A stretch of 64,000 nucleotides of DNA. Origin: Raillietiella orientalis (Eukaryota). Location: assembly GCA_036172245.1 (NCBI GenBank), contig JAYWIR010000003.1:496001-560000 (forward strand), written 5' to 3'. Of this stretch, positions 1 through 14,600 are shown piece after piece. Under the pieces are notes generated by a model, which saw nothing but the letters and a program-made list of their open reading frames with translations, ran no database searches and was not told the origin of the DNA. Made by a program: the position numbers and the translations under genes. Numbering within the stretch: position 1 is the stretch's first letter; each line of letters opens with the position of its first letter.

Positions 1-3000
1 TTTCAAGGTGAGGTACATTATGTTGATTACAGTGAATTACTTCGGCGGAGCAATTGTTCATGCTTATCGAAACATTAAATCATATTTGTCATATTGAGAT
101 CAGTACTGGTTCATGAACTTACTGTTTGCGTGATCCACAACAAACGTTGCTACATTCGTTAAAGACCGAAGAAGCAAGAGTGTAAAAAATATTTTCGTTA
201 GTTTGCAAAGTTGTAATGACTGCTCAATGATCGGGCTTGCAATCCCCTTGGATCAAAGGGATTCCAATTCCAGAGTCCTAGATATAGTATTGATTATGAT
301 AGGTTTATGCTAATAAACTTTCAAAATTGTTTCAGAATCATATATGTTGCTTTTTTAATAAACCATGATTAAGAAATACTATCTGCTCACATAACTGACT
401 TGAATTAAAATACTCGGGGTGTATACTTATTTTTATAAATATAGTGGCAACATAGCATCAATAAGTACAAATGGATATGAATAAATGAAACGATGGATGT
501 TATAACTTCAGGTTTCTTTCTGTGAATGATCTCGTAGCAATATTTATACTACTACTTTAGAAGAATGATTGATTCATTATGCCAACTCACTGACTTTTGA
601 ACTTTTATTACACATCAATAATGCAATGTAAATTTTTAACGAAATCATTCGATTTCTTGCTCTGAGTATCTGCTGTTCATTTATTCAAATCATGTATCCA
701 CAAAGTCATGAAAACAGATGAGCTGTCCTCTCTTGGAAGCACATAGCAATTACTACTAAATTGAGAAGACAGCTACAAGGAATGCCTGTTCTGATTTCAC
801 TGTGCAGCTTAATAAGCACTTTTGTGAATTCACTGCTGCCTTTTGACAATCTTCTTGATTATCGACAGCATTAATACTCAACCTATGTAAGTGAATATGT
901 GCACAGTTTTAATGTTTTGTAGGGTATTCTTGCTTTCAATGTGTAATGGCAAAGCACCTCATGTGTTTTAAAGTCACCAAATTTCAGTGCTATTATTGTC
1001 ACAGTTTTCTTTTTGGGGAACCATTGCAATGTCTGCAAGTGTACAGCTGTCAGTACGTTTGCTCCTTTCTCAATATCAGAAAACAAATTCCTGAAATAAG
1101 TGATTATACAACGTTAGCGTACTTTGTCAGAAAATGTTCCAATAGCATGGTGCCTTTGAGGAATGGTTTGAAAGGGAACTACGGTTTCTCCAAATAAAAT
1201 TGCACTAGCCATCCTTGGGGTTCTCTGCAATAGAGACAAATTAAAAGCAAATGTGATGGATGTACATCAGCTAGGAAACTAGGAGAGCATTTCATTGAAA
1301 TCGTAGTTTGCTCAATAGTAATCAGTAGTAGATCGCATACCATATCGTGCACCACCAGCTATGCTTTGTAATCAAACTGCATCCATTTTTAGCAAATGCA
1401 GCAGCTCCAAAGTTGGCTATAGCTGTCGCATCTGTGGGGAGTCACAGGGAGAAAATTTCTCAGCCATTGGTCTGTGCACATTAGCACACTGAATCATTTC
1501 ATTTTCCTTTTCTAGATTTACACGAAATTCTACTTTTCATTTACAGATCGAGCTTAACAAATAAAGGTAGGAAAAAAAATTTCTTTGATCGTGGTTTATC
1601 TAACGATTATCTTCTCTCTGTTCAAAGAGGTTATGCAAAAATTCCAAGTTTCCAAATGTATCACAGAATTCTATCCAAATTGGAAAGAAATTTACACATC
1701 ATCTGCAAATCTATAGTGTCCATGAATTTCTTTTCAAAGTCCGAAAGTTTTGTGCAATTTTTCTATTGACTAATATGATTTTGGTATGGTGTTTGCAATA
1801 CGCCTTTCGTGAAAGTTTGCCTTGGCAGTCTCGCGAGTGAATATTTCAAACATTCTATACTCACGGAGCTTGGCAATGGAATCTTCTTTTGAACTCAACG
1901 GAAAATTGCCAAGCTCCGGAGTTTCTAATATGTTTTCAGGGTTGATTATATAATTGAAGTGAAGTGCCTTTGCGGAAGTGGAAGATCATGCATCTGCTAT
2001 GACTACTTTCATTTAAAGATGCATTCTACATAAAGCAATTAAGGCGCCCTTAATTAAATTGAAATCCAATCTTGAAAACATTCACTATTTATTCAGATGG
2101 ATACTCAGTCGTAACTAGAATGCAATGCTATGTGGGGGTGCTCGCTTCATTTGAAACCTAAGCAGTTTTGCACTCAATGTTTGGATGCATTGTGGTGCCT
2201 ACGAAGTCTATGATGCGAAATCCAAGCTTTGTGGTGTTTAGGGAAATATTTTCTCTGAAATGGTTTCATGGGAGGACACGATCCAATGCGTCGAAAAGCA
2301 GTTTAGACCTCTGTCAAGGTTTTTCGCTTTTCATCCTTTACCTTTGAAAGGAATTCTGTCCAGCATTAAATACGAGACAAGAATCTTGATCGAATGAAAA
2401 CTGTTTTGTCAAATTTGACAGTACCATTTTGCTCGCTCTTGCTGTTGGATACTTGTAAAATATTGGATGCAAAAAGCCTATAGTTTTTTCGAAACCTTTC
2501 AATCAATCTGAAACCACTTTATGGTTAAATTCATCTTTGTAGGTATATGGTATTGTCGTATGAGCTTTTTTTCCAGTGAGTAGCAAGATCTAATACTGAC
2601 AACTGAATCTGATGGAAACTCATTGGAATTCACATTAATTTTCATGAAAGAAAACTACCAAAAAAGAAAAGAAAATCGAAAAAACCGCCTCGTAAATACG
2701 ATACTGTAAACTCGAGTATCAAATGCTTAGAAGAAATTTCCCAATCACCGACACGAATTGTATCCATGCAGTGTGACTACTTAATTTTGAAGCATTGGCA
2801 GCTTCCATGAAAACATTGCAAACAGTACCGTGTTTTATTTTTTGCTATGTAAACTTCACAAAGACACTTTCAGCTTTTCGTAATAGATTTTTATGAATCA
2901 GTTTTGCTGACTGCACATCAGATAGAATGAAAAACTGATACAGTTCGTAGTTTGGTGAGATTTGATGTATTTAATAATAGTTTTGTTATCATCGTTGTTT

Positions 3001-3087
3001 AGAATTGAAAACCCTAGGGCATTTTTCCAAATGTGTTTGAGAAAGGGTGAACCGAGAGAATTCCGGCTCTTTCATGCATATATTAAG

Positions 3088-3157
3088 AAATATCTTGTGT
3101 GCTTATCATTCTCATGTCTTTAAAATTGCCTACGCTTTCTTACGAGTTTGGGCTTAT
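3088..3157. repeat. Dispersed ~70-bp repeat, copy 1
   Basis: aaatatcttgtgtgcttatcattctcatgtctt...ctttcttacgagtttgggcttat aligns without gaps to 5851-5920. Confidence 0.75.
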
Positions 3158-4064
3158 CCAAACAAATAATTGTGATTTTGAGGTGCAATATATTACATTT
3201 TGATCTGGTTATTCTAGTCGGAACGAGCGAAAACTCTCAAGTAACAGAGTCCACTTTCATGGTGTGAAGAGCGTGGTGATGTTCACGTATACCTTTATCA
3301 GTGTTTACATTCACAGTGACATTATGAATGTTATATCATGTTTTTCTTCAGATAACTGTTCGATTAAAAAAACCATTGCAACTATACCCCAATCTAATTG
3401 TCAGTACGAGATGCATTATATGTAAATTTCAAGTTGGGCAGTGCGTCTGTGTAGACTGAGATTTCATCGAAAACAGTGTACTTTCGCCATGTACCAGAAT
3501 CATATGTTATCCATGAATACCTGAAAGGATGTGATTTTCCTCCTAATCAGTTTTGCCTACGTGTCATTTGAGAGGTAACTTAATTTTAGACATATATGCC
3601 AGTGTAGATGTGATGCGAAGGAGTTCCACATAGAACAAGTGAATTTCAGGTCTTTCAGTAAAAATTTTTGTACCTGAAAGTTTTCATTAAAGTAGGAATA
3701 AGTTCCATAACAATAGCCAGTAGCAATTCCATAGCAAATAGTTTTCTCACACAGGAAAGGTACTTGAGATGCTGTGTAGTTAATTGCATCAACTCATTTA
3801 TCAGTCATAATGTCAAAATAAATAGCATCAAGGAAGCTGTGGCATTCCGTTTCCTATCAAAAGACATTCTGGAACCGGAAAGTAGTGAAGAAACATTGTG
3901 AATAATATAACTGACATAAAGTCTGAGTGCATAAAAAGCAGTTGACTTGTTGACTTAACATGCTTAATGAGATGTAAATCCACCCGATTTTGAGGCTTTC
4001 TCCATTTTTGTTTGTTGGATTCTTTTCTTATACCTTCTAACTTCTAACTTAACCGTTTTTTAGC

Positions 4065-7000
4065 ATGCTTGATGGAATTTCAAAAACATTCCTGAGATCA
4101 ACTGGCCTTTATAGTGTGAGGAAATCTGAAGCAGCTCAAGGAAATGAAACAAGTATGCTTCAGTGTCAAGTTCAGTTTTTAGATGATACCATTCAAAATT
4201 TCGAGATACAGGTAAATGCATTGAACATTTTTGTAAGGATAATGCTCATTACATAATACGAATGTTTCTTTCAATAAGTGATATTTATTCGAGCTTTTTA
4301 TGTAGAAAAATGCTAAAGGACACCAATTAGAATATTTAGTTTTTCAATATTTAGATTTGAAAGAAAAAGATTATTTTGGGCTTGCTTATTGTGATAGTAG
4401 CAATTTTTCACCCCATCACAAGAATGCAGATGAGCCAAAGGTCAGAGCGTTTTTTAATTCCGAGGTGATACTTTTGTTTTCTTCTAGAAGTGGCTAGATG
4501 TATCAAAATCGGTCAAAAAGCAGTTTGGTAGAGGTAAGAAAATGAAAACTAAAAGATAAGTGTGATCTTAGTATGTAAAATGCAAAACTTGCATTTAGCT
4601 TCTTTAGACAATTAAATTTGCATTTGTGTAAGTCTTAAGCATGATGAACCTTAGTAAGTCTTGTACCTAATAAGATTATCTCAAAATGGCTTATCCTGTT
4701 CACTTCATTATTTTTAGCCATTATGCCTTACAAGTTGTACCTGAGAGTGAAATTCTTTGTTCCTGATCCTACTGATCTTGAATGTTTTACTCGTTGCCAA
4801 TATTTTTTGCAACTTAAAAAAGATATTTTTAAGTATCATCTTATGATTCCCCAAGAAACTTCTTGCTTATTGGCCAGTTATGTTTTGCAAGGTATGTCAC
4901 ACTTTTGGTGCCTGGTATTTATCTCCCAATTTCCACATTTCTTATGATATCAGTTCTTATATTTCGGTAATAGTAATGCCTTCACGAATGCATTATGAAA
5001 TACGCTTTTAATTTTTTTTTTTTGTAGGCTTGTTGCCAAGAGTGTTAGATGTTATTTATTTTTGTGCACATTTGAAATAGTGGAGAATCTGAGTAGATGC
5101 AATCCATTTTCTGACAAGATTTTCATGAGTCAGACCCTGTCAGTGGTTTTATATAATCAGAAATAATAATTAAAATGTGGTTTTTGTGTACAGAAATGCT
5201 AAATAGAACCATGGCAACATATGCATAATTTTTAATCAAAATGGGAAATTAAATGATTTTTCAACAAACATTCAATACTTATCTTGGAAATTTTAGTGAT
5301 TGAATGAACTTAATACTTTAAGCAGATTTCAGTGTTACAGTTTTTAAATAAATCGATTCATAGCACATCATCTCTGCTTTCCACTGAATTGATTGTGGAA
5401 TTTGGTTTGATTAAGTAAAAATACTACAGAAAGCTACAGATATACAAAGCATTGTTTTAGGATTCTGAAGACAATACGTATATGTTTTGTTTATTCTGGT
5501 CAAGGAAATTACGTAATTTAGCAAATATTAAAAAACCTTGTGGCAAATCGAAAATGTGTGCTTATCAAAATGCCTTTAAGTAGATATGGATTGATTGAAA
5601 AAATGATTATTTTGGTATTTTACTAGTGAATGTCAGTTTAAAACAGATTTTTAGAAGTTTTCAAATCTTTTGTATTGAAGTATTTGAGGAATGGGTATCA
5701 GCAATAGCAGATGTGCATGTACATGTTGGTAATCAAAAGAAGCAATCACGAACTAATTCAGTCTTTGATTTGGAAATAGTATATAATAATTGTAAATATT
5801 TTTTGTTTTTTTTCGGATAAACTGAATGTTTTTTTAATCCAGAGTTCAAAAAATATCTTGTGCGCTTATCATTCTCATATCTTCGAAATTTTCTAAACTT
5901 TCTTACAAGTTTGGACTTATTCACTGTTGTATTTGCATTAGCTGAGATAGGTGACTATGATCTCCAATCACATCAAGAATATGTTTCTCAAATGCAGCTA
6001 ATACCTAATCCGTGCCAGAGTTTCTATGAAAAAGTTGAGGAATTTCACAAGTCGCATAGGTAAGTTTTGAGTTGCCTCAAATGATAATTCTCCAGTCAGT
6101 TGTTAGATGAATTTTTCCCTTCCAGTTTTTAAATATCTAGAATAGAGCCTAATGCTGATTTTGAATGCTTATCATATGTGCTTTAATGCAGTGCAATCAA
6201 TGCAGGTTTTATCACATAAAGTTCAATTTTTATTGATTGTATTGTATGAAATTAGACCTTTATTGTATGAAATTACGATTGTTTGTATACTGCAATTTTT
6301 TTTTCATTTCGCTGCTCGAAACAGATCTCCAGATAATGCGACTTTGACTGTTGTATATATTTTCTGATGAGATTTTTCTTAACCCCCAAAAATGTTCTAT
6401 ACAAATTTTTTCATATTTGGGGATAGCTGTGATAGTTAGTTGAGGATGGTTAAAACAAACTAGTTTGGTTATAGTTTTCGCAGTAATCTTGGAATCAGAT
6501 TCATCTTTCTTTGATGGTTAAGTATTGTCTTTATTCTGATTCATACTAGTCAATTTATTTGTTTATCTTTGGATTCTTGTTAGTGGCAAAAAAAAGATGA
6601 GATGAAAAAAAAAGATGGGTTACTCATTGAAAAGACTTAAAAATTCGCATGCTACGGTTACCATTCATTGCTCTATGTCATAAGTGTGTTTTCCCTATCC
6701 CTGTGTATCGGTTTATATGCACTGAAGATGGAAAGAGAGCTTTTTTGTGATGCTTCAAATGCTGGTTAATTGTTTGTGCTGGCCATTTGTTGTAATGACA
6801 GATTGTTTTTACGACCATCACATCTCAGCAGATAGAACTAAGTTCACAGAACGGGGGAAACATTACAGACACATTCTTCTCTTCGCGAAATATATCAGAC
6901 ATGTTCATTTGCCAGATTCTCTTCTGGTTCTTCTGAAACTTGAATGTGCTCGCTTTATCCATGTACCAAGGCTAAAAACTGTTTTTCATCATCAAATCAC

Positions 7001-9856
7001 GAAAGGCCAATCGGTTTGTGCGCATCGCTTTCCGACACCAGTGCTAAGCACTTATGAGATACGTTTCCATGTCCATCGTGGACGTCCACCGAACAGCGCT
7101 ATTGCAGTGCGGACGGGATATGCGTCCCTATCAGTCCAATCGGTGCAGTGCTGTTTCCTACCACTTGTTACATGTTACGGGAAAGTATGGGATAAGATGG
7201 CTGACTGGGAAGCATGTTCTGATGCAAAGGATTCCGTGGAAGTCTCGCTGCCGTCTTAACTGAAGCGGTGCTTTTTATCGTGCATATCAGATGCAGCAGA
7301 AGAGTGGCAGCAGCTACACCGAGAATAGACACACATTTTGTCACTTTCAGAAAAACCTAGCCACAGGCCATTCAAGCGTGTATTCAACATAGAATGTGTT
7401 TAACATTGCAGAGCATTTCGAGAAGGTATTTTTTTTCCCGTATTTGTTGGTTTGTGTCTGTTGGGACAGCCATTGGTCTTTGAATTACCAAGCGAGCTTC
7501 GTTTCCGTGAACGAGTCTTCGAATTCGAAGACGATCGTCTGCGAAGCAGGCATGAAAAGGTGTCTGTCTCTTGATGATCCTTTGATCCGGTGTACGTGAA
7601 GCCAACAGCGTCATCCCGTTGTATGTATGGTTCATTGCAGCTGGACTTGGTGTTTGCATGGGATTCTAAGAGGACTATCAAAATCAGTTGCTTCCGCATT
7701 CGTGGGATTCTAAGTGGTTGACGGCTACATCGTCCTTTGTCTGCTAGCTGTTGCCCAGCTTGAATTTTGGTGCGTGGAAAGGAACATTTTACATCGTGTG
7801 TTTTTTCCATCTTCATGGTCCTTTTAGGACTACAAGCACGTGATCAGAGGGGGCAGCTTCTAGCGTCACCTGAGCACTCATGATCTCTGTTCTTTCACAT
7901 TTTGTCCGATGCTGGGATATCTTTTTTAAAAAAAGGAAGGCAGTTTTGAAGCTCCCTCTTCGTGTCCCACTTTTTGAGGTCATCCCAATATTTTCCATCA
8001 CATTGAGAGGTTGTCATTGCAAATTGGTTTAGAAAGGCATACTCTTAATCATTTGCGTAGAAACGCTAATATGGGCATCCACATTCTACACGGAGGATGA
8101 CTTGTTGGAAAGCGGGGGGATATCGGATCTCACACTTTTGAAGTTTTTCTCTTCCAGAAGGACAGTGGACCGTTTTAAAGAGCAGTTTTGAAGTGCATGT
8201 CGCTATTTAGTTCCGTTCTCACGTTGCAATGAAACATCTCTTTATGTCTCTCTGGAGATAGCTTCGAAGTCTTAATCCGACTTTGTTGTTTCAGCGGTCT
8301 TGCCTCCGCGTCCGCGGAATACTGCTTTTTGGACCACGTCAAAAGTTTGGAAGTGTACGGCGTCCACTTCTGTGCAGCTCGAGATGCTGATGATCTGGAC
8401 GTGCAAATAGGAGTTTCGTATGACGGCCTGGTTGTTTTCAGGAACGCCCAGCGCCAGCATTACTTCCCATGGGTCAGAATCAGCAATTTTTCTTATCGTC
8501 ACAATGAGTTCTTTATACGCCTTAACGGCGGGCTGGTGAGTTGTTTCTATGCTTTCTCGTAGTTCTACTTCCCGTTTCATGTTGCTCTGTGTGCGATGTT
8601 TGGATTGACTGCCCAACTATAACTGTTTTGAAAATTGCATTCGGTATTGCGCGTGGTCGTGGATGATTGGAGTTTTTTTCTTTCAGTGGAACAAAACGGG
8701 TTTTGTCGATCGCGATCCTGTTGCTTTAGGTGATCGGTTTTTCACGACTGTGTGTACCTTTCAGAACCCAGTTGTGTGATAATCGTTTCTGCAGCAATCA
8801 ACCTTCGGAAGGAGGCTTCCTATGCTGAGAATAGAAGCCCCAGAACGGGAAATGTGATTTAGATGGCATGACCATTTTGTGCATACCTTTCTTGCATCGT
8901 ATGTGTGCTAACCCGCAATTCATTGCGGTTAAGGCTTCTATTCCATTCTGGATTCAGTTGCGAAAGATTTCATCTGGTGTGGTACCCCTTGTTGGAGTGA
9001 TAGTTCAGTTTTTACAAGAGACTTTCTTGCGTACAGGTTGCACCATCCAAAGTAGCTGCTCAGCCTTTTGAAGTGTTTATGCCAAAGGGCCGAAAGTCAT
9101 TCATAATTAATTTGAAAGGCTTTTGCTGAGGAGACAGATGAATTGGAGAGTAGTGTGTTGCAGGAACTTGTAACATGCATTCACACCTCACAATCTTGAA
9201 TTAAATTTTTGGCGAGGTGTGGAATAGGAAGTGCTAAAGTGTTTTTCTTTAGGGATTTCTCTTTTTTTGAAAAGAGGTATTTTATTTCCCATTAACTCCT
9301 GGATTGAGTCGGCTTTGGATAAACATGGCAGCGAAACTGGTGAGGAATGCAGGAGCAGTGAAAGAGGGCGAGGAACTTGCTGCGTCGACGCAGTGCACCA
9401 AACCAAACATCTCGCGAAATGAAGTAATAAACGATGGTCATTTTCCCTCCTCCCTGCGACAGACTGCAATTTCTCAGACGGAATTGCAGTTTTAAATTAG
9501 GTGAACTTAGAGAAATGGCCTTTTTCGTCGAATCCTCAGAACTTGCATGACTCGATGATCTGGACGTTGAGTTCACTTTTTGTCAGCCGATTGACTCCAG
9601 CTTTCCTTTTAGGAAAGTAGTTTTTGTTTGGGACAGAATGGTCATCAAAGAATTAGTTGCCATTTTTCATTTCTCTTTTGTATTTTATTGATGTAATAAG
9701 GAGGAGCTTGTTTTTTTTTTTGTGTGTGTTTAGATTCATATCGAGTAGTAATGATAAGCCTTGTAATAATTGAAGTATGTTTCATATTGCCGTCATCCTA
9801 GAATATTTGATACTTTGGTTTGGGATGCTTTTCCTTTCAATTTTGTTTGTTTTTTC

Positions 9857-9896
<40 letters not shown>

Positions 9897-11572
9897 TTAT
9901 TATTGATTTGGCATCTTTCTGCCAAACTCTTAAACTGTGAAAACTTCTACCCCGCAAGAACTTTTAGAGTGCATTTCATGGCGCTTTCACGATGTCAGTT
10001 TGTGGTTCGCTTTCTCAATTTAAAGCACACGTTCTTTGCGGTTCAGAGTTGCAGTAAAGATCTTTAAGCGCGATGGAATGCTTGTTGATGTCATGAATGT
10101 TTTCTATGTTGTTGTGAAATTTGCAGAGTTTACAATTATCTATTTTTTAGGAGCGTAGTAACAAAGTTTGTTTGGTCTTTAATCTCATGGCCTACCGATC
10201 CTGTAAAAATTTCTGGAAGGCATGCATTGAAAATCATACTTTCTTTCGATTACATCAGCCTCCCTGTTCTCCCTTAAAACATGGATTCCTGTTTTTTCGT
10301 TCCAATTATAGATACATTGGACGCACTCACTACCAAACTTTGAAAGATTCAAAGCGTTGTATTCAGAGGCAATTCGTTGGGTAAGAAATTTATGAAGTCG
10401 AATACCGGACACTCAAATTTTTATAATGTTCTTCATCGAAATTATTCATTGCTAATGTTATTAACACAATTGAGAATTGGATGACATGATGTGCATGAAC
10501 TTTTTCCTCATAAAAATACCTACAGTCCCTTTTTGCTTAGGAATGATGTTTTCATGCATGAATAAAAACAACATGGCTAGTGAATACCCTTGTCCCTAGA
10601 GAAAGCTTGTGCTGTTCCACATGTCTCTTCGACTATTTTTTGGTCTGTGAAATCGGCTCGATACACGAGCCTATTTCACTTCAGCCACCATAATCATTGC
10701 CATTTCAGAATTCACTCGTTAGAAAATTAGATTGTTTTTAGTCATGATTAACGTCCGGCTTGCTCCTGCTCATTCCAGTCATTTCGAATTGCGATTTCAA
10801 AGAGAAAGTTCCCAGGAGAACGGTTTTCTGTGTGTTCCAGAAAGTTCTTGGCAGAGCAGCCTATGTCTACGTGGGGCTTTAGAGTCGAGTGTTTTGTCAT
10901 GAACTTGAATTGATGCCGTGCATGGTAAACGCCAAAGTCCACCGTTTCGTTGTACAGTTTTACCTCATCATTCTTCTTAAGAATAGCCACGCTTATCGGT
11001 CGTATCTTCTACCTTTGGTAGAAAACAATTTCGTAATTAACTTGGGTCTTGGACTTAATTGCCTTTGTGAATCGTTCTTCTTTGATAGCTTCCGCCTCAC
11101 GTGCCAGCAGAAAGTGAAAGGGTGTTACGTCTTGTGATTGCAAATTTTGATACTTTTCGAGTCAAAAGTCTTGGCGTAGATGCTTCGTTTTCAAACCCTG
11201 ATGTTTGTTTTTTGTTTACTTTTGTTAATTTTTTTAATATCTGATGTGGAATTTTGAAGAATGTTCTTTTTGTGGTTCGAAATTATTTCCTGTACAATGT
11301 CTTAACTTTCCCGGAAAAATCTGCGCGCGCGCGCGTGTGTTTTAATGTAAATGCAAATAAAATTCCTTTAAAGTCGGTATTGACTCTACAAAATTTATAA
11401 AAGCATTATTTGAATTTCGGTGAGAAGATCGAATGGGATTCTTACAAGCATCCAGCTTTGTACTTCATGTTACGTGAGATGGTGAGTTACGCCTCTGGTG
11501 ACTATGCAAATGTTACGGGAAATTTGCTTCTGACTGCTTGCTTGTTTACGTATAAGTGTCTTGAAATGTGTG

Positions 11573-11603
<31 letters not shown>

Positions 11604-14600
11604 TTTCCATTTTGAAATTTGGGTGGCAGTGAGGAAGATGCATCTAAATGTCACGTTTGTCTAATAGCAAACTCACGAGTATTCATGAATCTGGGGATCT
11701 CATTCTTAGATGAAGTGTGGCATCTGTATGATGATTCACTTCTTTATCAATTTTGCTGTGCATGTCTTTTGTAAGTAAAAGAGGTCGTCAAGTTTTGCGT
11801 ATGAAGCTCATGGAGTGACCGTGAAACAAAGTGCACAAAATTGCATATTCGTGTAATGTATCCCCTCTAGTAGGGGACACAATATTTACATCCATGTTGG
11901 TACTTCTGTTTGCGTTTTCCATGTGTTCTTGTGTGCAGCAGCCTCTATAGAGTTGTATTTAGAAATCGAAAGTTTTTACATGATTCGGTATTTCATTTTT
12001 TTAAAACATACATATATATATATCGAAACTTTTGTTATTCTTTGTTTCTTTTAGTGACGAAAAGCTTATGGATTCCGTATCCGTTGAGGAAGACCGACCT
12101 TTCTCTCCGTATTTAATTATGGAGAATATTTCTTACGTTGATGAAGATTGGGAGTCTGCTGACATCCAGAGGGAAGATCGCCCATGTGCTTCACCACATT
12201 TGGTTGTAAAAAATATCTCTTATGCTGACGAAAATTGGGATACGATACCGATACGAGCTGCAGATACAAAAATCAAGGTGAGTTTGTGGCTTTCCAGGAG
12301 TAATGTTGTAATGGCTTTTACAGGCAGAAAATAGGTGTGAGATCGTGAAAAAACAGAGATATGAATGTTTAGACGGACAGGATGCACTTTGCTTAAAAAT
12401 TCACATTTACCCCAACGAGAAAGGATTTTATGGCTTCAGTCTGAAGGGCGGAGCTGATCAGAAAAGCCCTTTGACCATAACCAAAGTAGCTCCCAATACT
12501 CCGGCGTATAACTCTTTGCCACGTCTTCAGACAGGGGATAGAGTTTATGAAATAAATCGAGTGGATGTTTCTTCCTGGAATCACAATGAGGTCATCGATT
12601 TAATTCTGAAATCGTCCAATAGTCAGGAAGAATTGGCAATAAAAGTGAAATGCAATGGTAAATGATACACTGGAATGTATAATTCACGGATTACATAACT
12701 TGAATTACAGCCTATTCATGCTCTGAGGAGGAAACTATCCAGGAGGAAGAGCCATCATGCCAATACGTACTGGACGTTCCTACTCCCATCAGAAATGCGA
12801 ACATCAATTTGTTGCATCAGTCCATGCTTTTGTTGGCGGAAATTACATCAACAGATATTCTGATTAAGCAGTTTAACTGCTTGTACCGGAAACGCAGTGA
12901 TTTCACCTTTAACGCAGCCACCAAACCAGAGAATCGCGCCAAAAATCGATACAATGATATTCTCCCATGTAAGTGACATTGCAATTGTTCGTGGTGGTGT
13001 TTCGTAATGTTCCTTATTGTTTTATGGTGTACGATGATTATGAGGTGCGTTGTATGTTATGATTTCATGCAGTGTGTGGTAAAGATCGTTACGTATTAAC
13101 GGATCGATGGCGCGGATAACCTGAATGGTTTGCACGGGTGAATTGTATTGGCACATTTCATTAGTTCTCACAAAATTGCTTGAAAACACGAAATCTCGTT
13201 TTTCCGAAATTTCCTTCATGAAGGTCGGAGCTCTCTCCCGAAAAACAGGACTGATTACAGTTGGGCGTTTCAGCCGATTTGTTTACTATTTGTTGCGGTT
13301 CTGTTCCATTATGATCGTAGCATCATCTCATAATTTGGACTGCTTAATGACTTGACCTGTTCTGCAGTGGACAGACCAGCCCTCGGATCGTAGAATTGTC
13401 AAAATCCTTGGCATTGCAGCCCTCGTAAACCCTTGACGCAGAGAGTTTGTTGTACCTCGGCTTTTATCCTGTGAACCGGCTCAGAAATTGTTGACTTCCA
13501 TCTAAGCTATAAGCCAACTTTTCCATTTTCCATGTTTTTGTTTATTTCGATTGATTCTCGCATTCATTTCTTTCCACTATTGGTGCGCATCCGTTTTTTT
13601 TTTTTTGAGCCTTCTCATGCTTTTAGCGGAAGTTGCAGTTCCCCTGTGGTTTCATTATTCCAAAGTTTGGTACTCTGCCCCCCAGAGTCGACATTTCGTA
13701 CAGCACTTTTTGTGTCAACTCGTTACTCTGTTTCCATTCCGTTGTATGTTATTACTGCAATCCAATTCCTTAAGCGTTGTTTTGGATTCTCTCCGTCGTG
13801 TTCTTTAACCCCAACTCCTGATGCTCGTTTTCATTTCATCAGTGAATTCAGTAGTGATTTCCTGGTTGCAGTCATCTTGGCTGTTTCTGTTGCATTGTCA
13901 TGTTGCTCTTGTTTATTAAGTCACCTAATAAGAGGTCAATTATACAAGAGTTTTTACATGGTGGTTCCCATTTTTTTGTGTGTGTTTTAAGGGAGTGACG
14001 TTGTTATTATGCATATCTTTTGAGTTAAAGTCTTCATTTCAATTTTGTTTCTTCCACCTTGGTCAGTATGCAGAGTTTCGTGAGATAATGAAACAGCTTT
14101 CCAACGTAACGTGGATGCTTTCCGTGGACACCTTTTCCGTTGATGCATTGCTTTGTTTTCAGTTAGGTGTGGTTTCTTTGCTCGGCATATTCTTTTTGTT
14201 TCATTCCCCATCCCCCTCCCCCTTTTTTTTTTTTTTTGTTGTTGTTGATGATGCAGATGATGAAACTCGAGTGATTCTGGTTGATTTCCCCACTGGTGAT
14301 TACATCAACGCCAGCCATGTGGATCTGGAAGTGTCCGGTGCTAATGTTTGTAATCGCTACATCGCTTGCCAAGGTGAGGTGTGGAATCATGGTGTAAGAG
14401 GGTGTGAACTCCATAACTCCAGGTCCATTGCCAAACACTAGCTCCGACTTTTGGCACATGGTGTGGCAAAGTCACAGTTTAACTGTAGTGATGCTAACTA
14501 CTTTATTTGAATTTGGGCGGATTAAATGCTTCAAGTACTGGCCACAGCTGAACGAAACCTTGCAGTGTGCAAATGTGCAAGTCTCTCTGGTCCAGGAACA

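Noticed and set aside
640..1500. Coding-looking minus-strand stretch (ORFs 883-1086 and 946-1197)
   Set aside because: Interrupted frames with no motif or splice chain I can support; possibly an old TE remnant.
9861..9891. Long poly-T/poly-A runs (also at ~15822, 33734, 40047) as retroposon tails
   Set aside because: No adjacent recognisable element end or TSD; treated as simple homopolymers.
10740..11485. Additional PTP linker exons (open stretch after cattccag at ~10778; GTGAGT donor at ~11482)
   Set aside because: Exon 7 splices in frame directly to 12055. The candidates lack either a convincing donor or a convincing acceptor and show no recognisable homology; RNA-seq is needed.
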